From Nitrospira japonica (GTDB taxonomy: Bacteria; Nitrospirota; Thermodesulfovibrionia; Thermodesulfovibrionales; SM23-35), in the NCBI GenBank assembly GCA_020725385.1, contig DYFC01000017.1, positions 48,178 through 112,177 of the forward strand: 64,000 bases of DNA, read 5' to 3'. Below the pieces are notes generated by a model. It searched no databases, was not told the origin of the DNA, and saw nothing but the letters and a program-made list of their open reading frames with translations. The position numbers were made by a program, and so were the translations under genes. Positions 59,301 through 64,000 of the stretch are shown here, in pieces. Position 1 is the first letter of the stretch; each line of letters begins with the position of its first letter.

Positions 59301-59443
59301 TTATTTATGATCATGCAAAGATACTTACCAGTACGGGCAAACGTGAATGTGCAATCATACTTATTAGGAAAGCCATAGAAATGAATTTGCTCGATGAACA
59401 ACTACGGGATATATACGAAGAAGACATAATATTAAAGGGTTAA
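53336..59443 (+). CDS. Giant multidomain protein: sulfotransferase-TPR-GT2-GT4-GT2-TPR-GT2-TPR
   Basis: GMHRSGTS/WGWKDPR; SIIIPVFN...FLNND; VAPLRYGAGMKGKIGEAM; SIIILTFN...LLNND; LSLCMIVKNEE...LDADE; TPR blocks. ATG 53336 fits the SD better than TTG 53330. Confidence 0.9.
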   Translation: MSICIAGMHRSGTSMVARLLNICGLYLGEEKDIMKPQSDNPEGFWENNHFVEINDKILSSNGYGWDLPPVSNYIDFKKVNNEIKNDAKALIESMELNTPWGWKDPRNSLNLIFWRELLPDLKVIICLRNPLEVAMSLKKRGNSSCAFSFNLWYLYNKTIFDNIEPERVLITHYASFFINPVYEIKRLLNFTKLNIDNEKIHHACSSIASKLRHYNYSENDLINAGASEEIIGLYNSMCEKSGPVLKHYKITSSVNVENINIKIHELEELIHEYPDYAVAYNDLGVIYHQIGRKEKSLTCYEKAVSLEPENILFQKNLADYYCYELNRYEEAAKIYTRVLAQNNNDVEALLPIGHICMIQKNYNEAVYFYKRVLEIEPQNKIAFEKLEQLSKLDYSNDYPLEKMEKDCIDINIENASNNEYSVKVTQFNEIKLMDFKNDVTEKNNLILKTGMTSIIIPVFNKIEYTKKCLEAIRKNTPAEKYEIIVIDNASTDGTNDFLKLQGNGIKLITNTQNMGFTFACNQGAKIATGEFVLFLNNDTEPQTGWLESMVELMQSDNMIGITGSKLIYPDGRLQEAGGIVFSDGSGWNYGRFDDPFKPQYNYVREVDYVSGASLMIRHPLLKKLNYFDERYSPGYYEDTDLCFGARSLGYKVMYCPFSIVIHHEGITSGTDIKSGMKKFQVINRKKFINKWKEDLKKQYLPDSKNVINASERNTKGNIIIIDPFLPKFDRASGSLRLYSMIKILKEHNYHITFIARNGRGQKQYERILNFIGIEVYATDPERLKKLGINFDAKPINIAEILTIRHYDIAILSFYEIAVQYLDIIRIYSPETKILIDTVDIHFVREIRMAEVMNDKTLFRKAHKTKNEELSIYRKADAIITVTDKDWEHVSGYLPGMKHFVIPNIHEISEETIENTSRKGLIFVGNFNHPPNADAILFFINDIFPIIKKKINDVTFTIVGNNPPEEILKLHNNKDILVTGYVPSTTPYLQSARVSVAPLRYGAGMKGKIGEAMSHGLPVVTTSIGAEGMGIVNGENALVADTPDEFAEQVYQLYTDDNKWIKISESGKNLIKDNYSKEKVGEIITRILDELIEKKTYSVSFIDEKKITNELTSIIILTFNEIKYTKKCFESIKTYTPESHEIIFVDNGSTDGTVKWLRQLVNENKNIKLIENKTNLGFAKGCNQGINMASGEYILLLNNDVVVTKGWLSGMLDCIKREESIGIVGPMTNNISGIQRVIDYENINLENLFDYAESFMEKNKYRRIPVRRVAGFCMLFKYELVKDIGMLDESFGSGNYEDDDFCLRAILSGYRNYIAGDVFIYHYGSRSFKGNGIDYRKAIEKNQKIFKKKWNIIDSSSLSGVNLALIKCLEKADIYRQKGRYEDSVREYIKAIQINPDDVKSYYAFAEMLVAEKKYQDALDVLKQSPALEEDLNLILLKALCFEGLELIPEAEECIDKILFYDKSNVYALNLKGQIAYKKGNVIESEKIFRHITELNPSYGEPFTNLGILRWSEGKYEEALNLTEKGFILSPNNNDIASIYHSIVSALGKYSRSEKVMKEAKALYPNSRKITFLLIDVLIKQNKNVEALNYIQESITSFGKDDGIIEAALEVRKRIDEASQDNDLTPSKKLQKTVKTLSLCMIVKNEENTLPDCLNSIRNIVDEIIIVDTGSTDRTKDIAKIYGAKIYDFKWTNDFSEARNYSLSKANCDWILILDADEIISPIDHDRLKELINKKQNVAYSITTRNYVNVFNLAGWTSNGSIYSKEEKGKGWFPSTKVRLFPNKKGIKFHNKVHELVEPSLKEIGIQIKNCDVAIHHYGKLNDDHVIEKGKDYYKLGIQKIENTTDPKALYELAIQAGELDRHREAVELWKKLLQTTSSLSDNILLKAYINMGHAYFHLGMYKEAYDVSKKAYLISPDSQDAIMNYSLSEVWIGEAEKAITLIRTLLEKKPDFPQAIGLLGIAYMIKGDEEKAYKYLEKIKKKGFNCSKFIYDHAKILTSTGKRECAIILIRKAIEMNLLDEQLRDIYEEDIILKG

Positions 59444-59463
59444 CTAAAGAAATGGACTCATAA

Positions 59464-62142
59464 ATGAAAAATCATAAGAAAACAAAAACAAACGAAGTTC
59501 AGGATTTATTGCAGTACGCATTAAAGAATCATCGGGCAGGGAATTTCGATGAGGCAGAAACTGTTTATAGAAAGATAATCAATAGGTATCCTAAGCAGGC
59601 AGATGCATTACATCTACTCGGTTTAATAGAATATCAAAAAAAGAATTATGAAGTTGCTGAACTACTAATAAGGAAAGCTATCCTATGCGATAGGAATGTA
59701 CCTTTCTTTTTTCTTAACCTCGGGAATGTATTGAGAGATCAGGGAAGGATTAATGAGGCTGTCGAATATTATAGAAAAGCTATAAGAATAAATCCTGATT
59801 TTCCAGAAGCAAGATACAATCTTGCCAATGAATTGTTCAAAAAAGGTTTTTATGAGGAAGCTATATCTAACTATAAAACAGCAATATCATTAAATCCCTT
59901 TATTGCAGAGTTCTATTTCAATCTTGCAAGGGCGTATCAGGAATCTGCCCGGTATGAAGAATCTGCAAACAGTTATGAAAAAGCTTTGTCATTGAAGCCG
60001 TATTATCCTGAAGCTTTTTATAACCTCGGCATTATATTTCAGGAACAGAAAAAATATAATGAGTCTGCAAATTATTATATTAAGGCGATTCATATGAAAC
60101 CCGATTATGAGGCTGCCTATTATAATCTTGGAGATGTTCTAAATGAAATGGAAAAATTCGATGAAGCCGAAACATATCTTAAGAAAGCTATTTCGATAAA
60201 GCCTGATTTTGCGGAGGCTTATAATAATTTGAGTATTTCTTTAAGGAATCAAGGAAAAATAGAAGAAGCCCTCGAAGCGAGCAAAAAAGCCCTTGATATC
60301 CGATCTGATTTTGCAGAGGCATACAACAATCTTGGAATTGCTTTTAGGACGATGGGTAATATTGAAGAAGCTATCCGCAGTTTTAATAAAGCATTGACAG
60401 TAAATCCTTACTTATCAGAGGCTCATTTTAATATGTCTCTTGCTATGTTATCATCCGGGGATTTCAGAAATGGCTGGAAAAAATATGAGTGGAGGTTTAT
60501 GAGAAAAAATGCAATATTCAGGGACATACGAATACCTTTATGGGATGGGATCCCGCATGGTGATAAAACAATACTTGTATACTCGGAGCAAGGAATAGGA
60601 GATGAAATTATGTTTATCTCATGTCTTTCTGATTTGATACAAGTATGGGGTTGTAGTATTGTCGTTGAATGTGACAGAAGGCTTAAGCCTCTTTTTTCGA
60701 GATCGTTTCCAGATGTTGAGTTTATTGAAAGAGGAAGTAAGTTACATAATTTTGATTTCAGAATACCAATAGGAAGTCTGGCAAAATTTTATAGAAATTC
60801 ACTGGAAGATTTTCCCGAGAAGAAATCTTATCTTATCCCTGATACCCGGAAGCTTATTATTTGGAAGGAGCGGATGAATGAACTTGGGCCAGGCTTGAAA
60901 GTTGGTATATCATGGCGTGGAGGTAAAGACCCCGCTGCACGAAGCTTGAGATCGACAAATTTAGAGCAATGGATGCCGGTATTTTATGTCAAGGGAGTTG
61001 AATTTATAAATCTACAGTACGGAGATTGCTACTCCGAAATTAATGATTTCTTTAAAAAATATGGTATTAGAATAAATGACTGGGAAGATGCCGACCCTTT
61101 AAATGACCTTGATTTTTTTGCTGCACAGGTTTCAGCTCTTGATCTCGTCATTTCTATTGATAATTCAACAGTGCACATGGCCGGAGCTCTTGGAATTCCG
61201 GTATGGACTTTACTACCTTATGGTGGTGACTGGAGGTGGATGCTAAATTATGAGGATACACCATGGTATCCGAGTATGAGACTTTTCAGACAAAAGAATC
61301 ATTGTAGATGGGAAGAGGTTTTTGAAAGGGTTGCATGGTCTCTGTCGAAATTGGTAGAGTCCGGGCATATCGAGAAACCATTGGATGAAAATTCATATAA
61401 AAAGCACTTATATAATAAAAATTGCGGTAATGGAAAAAATATTAATGCTTCATATTCTAATAATAAGAAGTGTACAAATAAAAATAATTCACTTAGATGC
61501 GCGGTTGTTACACCTGTAGGTCCGGGACACGAAAATATATATAAAGAATGTCTTGAATCTGTACAAAAAGCATCTACAAATAACAAAGGAAAATTCGCTG
61601 AAATAATTCATTTAGTCATAGATGATACCGGAGGCAAAATCGGAAGGTCAAATGCAAGAAATATAGGTATTAAGAAAGCTGCTGACACAGGAGTGGATTG
61701 GATATTTTTTCTTGATGCAGACGATATAATGATGCCATTTGCATTTGAATATGTTTCTCCTTATCTTGATTATTACGATGGTATCTGGGGATCTATATGG
61801 ACCATTGAATCAGAAGATCCGGAGCCTAAAGAAAGACCCGGGCAGTTGCATTTCATTTACAATTTTGATGAATTGTTCTACTGTGATCCTTTTTTAACTC
61901 TACAGATGGGTCATTTTGTGAAAACATCTGCAGCTCTTGAAACACCTTTTAATGAGAATCTTGATGCTGGAGAGGATTTTGAGTATTATCTCCGTCTCTG
62001 GAAAAAATATACTTGTATTAAGATACCGCTACCTTTTTTCTATAACCGCAGGGGGTTACATTCTACAGGGTTACACTCAGCTACAGGAAGAGATTGGAGA
62101 CAAACTGTCGAAAATATTTTTAGAAAATATCGTCAAGGTTAA
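59464..62142 (+). CDS. TPR-repeat protein with GT9-like domain and C-terminal GT2-like domain
   Basis: About 9 TPRs (AEAYNNLG), EQGIGDEIMF, VGISWRG, LDLVISIDNSTVHMAGALG, WRW..PWYPS; FFLDADD. Confidence 0.87.
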   Translation: MKNHKKTKTNEVQDLLQYALKNHRAGNFDEAETVYRKIINRYPKQADALHLLGLIEYQKKNYEVAELLIRKAILCDRNVPFFFLNLGNVLRDQGRINEAVEYYRKAIRINPDFPEARYNLANELFKKGFYEEAISNYKTAISLNPFIAEFYFNLARAYQESARYEESANSYEKALSLKPYYPEAFYNLGIIFQEQKKYNESANYYIKAIHMKPDYEAAYYNLGDVLNEMEKFDEAETYLKKAISIKPDFAEAYNNLSISLRNQGKIEEALEASKKALDIRSDFAEAYNNLGIAFRTMGNIEEAIRSFNKALTVNPYLSEAHFNMSLAMLSSGDFRNGWKKYEWRFMRKNAIFRDIRIPLWDGIPHGDKTILVYSEQGIGDEIMFISCLSDLIQVWGCSIVVECDRRLKPLFSRSFPDVEFIERGSKLHNFDFRIPIGSLAKFYRNSLEDFPEKKSYLIPDTRKLIIWKERMNELGPGLKVGISWRGGKDPAARSLRSTNLEQWMPVFYVKGVEFINLQYGDCYSEINDFFKKYGIRINDWEDADPLNDLDFFAAQVSALDLVISIDNSTVHMAGALGIPVWTLLPYGGDWRWMLNYEDTPWYPSMRLFRQKNHCRWEEVFERVAWSLSKLVESGHIEKPLDENSYKKHLYNKNCGNGKNINASYSNNKKCTNKNNSLRCAVVTPVGPGHENIYKECLESVQKASTNNKGKFAEIIHLVIDDTGGKIGRSNARNIGIKKAADTGVDWIFFLDADDIMMPFAFEYVSPYLDYYDGIWGSIWTIESEDPEPKERPGQLHFIYNFDELFYCDPFLTLQMGHFVKTSAALETPFNENLDAGEDFEYYLRLWKKYTCIKIPLPFFYNRRGLHSTGLHSATGRDWRQTVENIFRKYRQG

Positions 62143-62522
62143 TCTTTGTCCGAGCCTCTCAATCCTGCTGCAATATTTAAATTGATATTTATAAGAATTG
62201 TCAATTTGTCGGATTCCGGAAAAGCCATTACTTCAAAGATTCTTTTATCAATAAATATGCTAAGACTGAGAAGATCTTCTTTTAATTTTTTTGGTAACGG
62301 ATTTTCCGGCTTTGCCAGTTCTGTTTGAAATATACTCCATATAAATTGATTGAATCTAAGAGCATCTTTGAGTCTATTCTCATGTCCTTCTGTGTCCCAT
62401 CTATCCTGACATGCCAGAAGTTTTAAAGCTGCCTGTGTTAAGACCGATGCTTCAATTTCCCGGCCTGACATACTAATTTTCTGGGTCTTTCTATAAGCTT
62501 CTACTTGTTGTGTTGCGAACAT
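62139..62522 (-). CDS. flaF: Flagellar biosynthesis regulator FlaF
   Basis: GREIEA.VL..AA..L, ALRFNQFIWSIFQ, NPLP..LK..LLSLSIFI, LININLNIAAGL. Confidence 0.9.
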   Translation of the reverse strand: MFATQQVEAYRKTQKISMSGREIEASVLTQAALKLLACQDRWDTEGHENRLKDALRFNQFIWSIFQTELAKPENPLPKKLKEDLLSLSIFIDKRIFEVMAFPESDKLTILININLNIAAGLRGSDKD

Positions 62523-62901
62523 TATTTACAACCTCCTCTTCATAGTTAATTAATTTACGTGCAAGTTTTAAGGCTTTATAATATTTATTAGAGAGAATAT
62601 GCTCACTTATTTGATCAATGATGTGAAGTAACCTTGGAGCAGCATCAATTAAATCATGAACAATTTTCCAATATAAATTATGATATTCTTTCAGTTTTTT
62701 TTCATCTATATACATAAGCTGAATTATGAAATAAAGACGTTTGCATGGAGTAGTAGCATCTTTTTCGCTCATTATATCTTTTTCCCTTAATATAGGGACA
62801 TCATTTTCAACAATAAGAATAGAGCGAGCGCTGCCATTTGTTACGACAGCGCCGCCTATAATTACCCGTTCCCGTAGTTTCAATGTTATTTTTAGCGCCA
62901 T
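62491..62901 (-). CDS. flbT: Flagellar biosynthesis repressor FlbT
   Basis: MALKITLK..ERVIIGGAVVTNG, ILREKDIM...ATTPCKRLYFIIQLMYI, YYKALKLARKLI.YE. Confidence 0.92.
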   Translation of the reverse strand: MALKITLKLRERVIIGGAVVTNGSARSILIVENDVPILREKDIMSEKDATTPCKRLYFIIQLMYIDEKKLKEYHNLYWKIVHDLIDAAPRLLHIIDQISEHILSNKYYKALKLARKLINYEEEVVNNVRNTTSRSL

Positions 62902-62904
62902 TTT

Positions 62905-63408
62905 CTATACCAGTCCCAATAATTCAGAATGATTTACAGTTATGCTGTATGAGCTTGAATCAGAAAAAGATTTTTTAACTTCCATGCTTTTAATTTCTGC
63001 TTCAAGTTCCTGGATTCGTTTTTCTTCAGGAATAATTTTTTTTCCAGTGTTTTGTTCTAAAGAAAACCGGGCTATTTGTTCTCTGAACAACAAGAAGTTC
63101 TTTAGAAGTCTTATTCTGTCTTCGCTACCTGGCGGATATGGAGGATAGAATTTGTTCAGAGATAGATTTTGAGATTTAACATGTGAAATATAGTCTTTTA
63201 TAACCTCATCAGTATTATGTGTTTCTTTAAAAATATTTTCAGCACCGGAATTTTTGTCAGGATGATGAACAAGTTGGGATTTTTCATTAATAGTTTTCTT
63301 AATCTTAATGTTATTTCCACTGACTTGAGACAGTTTGCGTTCGCTATCCTTTTTGATATTGTCAGGATAAATGTTGTATATATTTGATCCTATTTTCCCT
63401 ACTGACAT
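62905..63408 (-). CDS. Hypothetical protein between flagellin and flbT
   Basis: Open 167-aa ORF in operon orientation with the motif KFYPPYPPGSEDRIRLL. Confidence 0.7.
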   Translation of the reverse strand: MSVGKIGSNIYNIYPDNIKKDSERKLSQVSGNNIKIKKTINEKSQLVHHPDKNSGAENIFKETHNTDEVIKDYISHVKSQNLSLNKFYPPYPPGSEDRIRLLKNFLLFREQIARFSLEQNTGKKIIPEEKRIQELEAEIKSMEVKKSFSDSSSYSITVNHSELLGLV

Positions 63409-63425
63409 GTTATCACCCGGCCCCT

Positions 63426-63457
63426 ATATGGAGAGGGGGTAAAACCCCTCTCCATAT
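63426..63457 (-). other. Strong stem-loop at the flagellin 3' end (no U-tract)
   Basis: ATATGGAGAGGGG-gtaaaa-CCCCTCTCCATAT, a 13-bp perfect stem. Confidence 0.75.
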
Positions 63458-63462
63458 TAATA

Positions 63463-64000
63463 TTAGAATAACCTCAATACAGACTGTGCTGCCTGTGAAG
63501 CAAGAGACAATGCTGTAGTTCCAAGAGCCTGTCTGGTCTGCAACATTAGCATGTTAGCTCCTTCTTCGTTCATATCAGCCAATGTCAGCTTATCAGCACC
63601 TGTCTGTAGTGTGTTGATCATACCAGTTGTAAATTCCTGACGGATAGTGATAACGCTTAAGTTCGATGCGAGTGTTGATGCTTGTGATCTAAGAGTACCT
63701 AAAGCTGCATCAAGGTCGCTAACTGCTGCATCTATGTCTGTATCAGCAGCCCAATCATTTTGTGCTGCACTAATGCTAAGGCCTGAAGATGAGGCATCAA
63801 ATCCACTTACTGTTAATGAACTGCTACCATCTTCATTGAAATCAACAGTGAGGTCTCCGCTATCAAGAAGATTAATTCCCTTATATCCTGAATCACTTGC
63901 GAGTTCATCAATTTGATCAAGTAATGCATCAAATTGTGTAGCAAGAGTTGAACGGCCCGCTGCATCAGCTGAACGTGCTGATTGTGTGAGACCTTTTGCT
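63463..64000 (-). CDS. fliC: Flagellin, 3' part (gene starts beyond the window)
   Basis: C-terminus reads GADKLTLADMNEEGANMLMLQTRQALGTTALSLASQAAQSVLRLF-stop (TAA at 63463-63465). Confidence 0.93.
   Translation of the reverse strand, partial: AKGLTQSARSADAAGRSTLATQFDALLDQIDELASDSGYKGINLLDSGDLTVDFNEDGSSSLTVSGFDASSSGLSISAAQNDWAADTDIDAAVSDLDAALGTLRSQASTLASNLSVITIRQEFTTGMINTLQTGADKLTLADMNEEGANMLMLQTRQALGTTALSLASQAAQSVLRLF

Noticed and set aside
59700-60450. Periodic similarity about every 102 bp
   Set aside because: Explained by 34-aa TPR coding repeats; not CRISPR or a DNA repeat element.
63647-63916. 89-aa plus-strand ORF
   Set aside because: Antisense shadow of the flagellin gene.
1-64000. 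CRISPR arrays, tRNA/rRNA, transposases, prophage or defence systems
   Set aside because: No repeat-spacer arrays, cloverleafs or relevant protein motifs were seen by eye.

Overview
AT-rich bacterial chromosomal window. Gene content and style suggest an anaerobic, flagellated Nitrospirota/Thermodesulfovibrionia-like or Desulfobacterota-like organism; this is inference. Left to right it contains: housekeeping genes (tgpA-like, pcm, surE, purM, an M23 peptidase-bactofilin pair); a nucleotide-sugar operon (rfbACDB, PMM/PGM, manC, UDP-sugar dehydrogenase); nagA-like and RfaH-like genes; an RsbU/W/V partner-switch module joined to an MlaEFD/PqiC transporter; glnE-GATase-glnA; der; an amino-sugar/lipid-carrier glycosylation cluster containing two hydrogenase-maturation-protease paralogs; an MCP and a c-di-GMP cluster (PAS, HD-GYP, GGDEF); and a flagellar region (flgFGAHIJMNKL, two very large multidomain glycosyltransferases, flaF-flbT and a partial flagellin). 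Features missed by the ORF track: a 71-aa glutaredoxin-like selenoprotein with two in-frame UGAs, each followed by a SECIS-like hairpin (16988-17203); a short 6S-like RNA behind a sigma28-type promoter (about 31790-31945); an orphan ~85-nt sRNA with its own sigma70 promoter and terminator (about 8443-8527, minus strand); a ~190-nt rod-like hairpin (37951-38140); a 47-aa small ORF (44061-44204); and the flagellin 3' end. No CRISPR array, tRNA, rRNA or intact transposase was seen.
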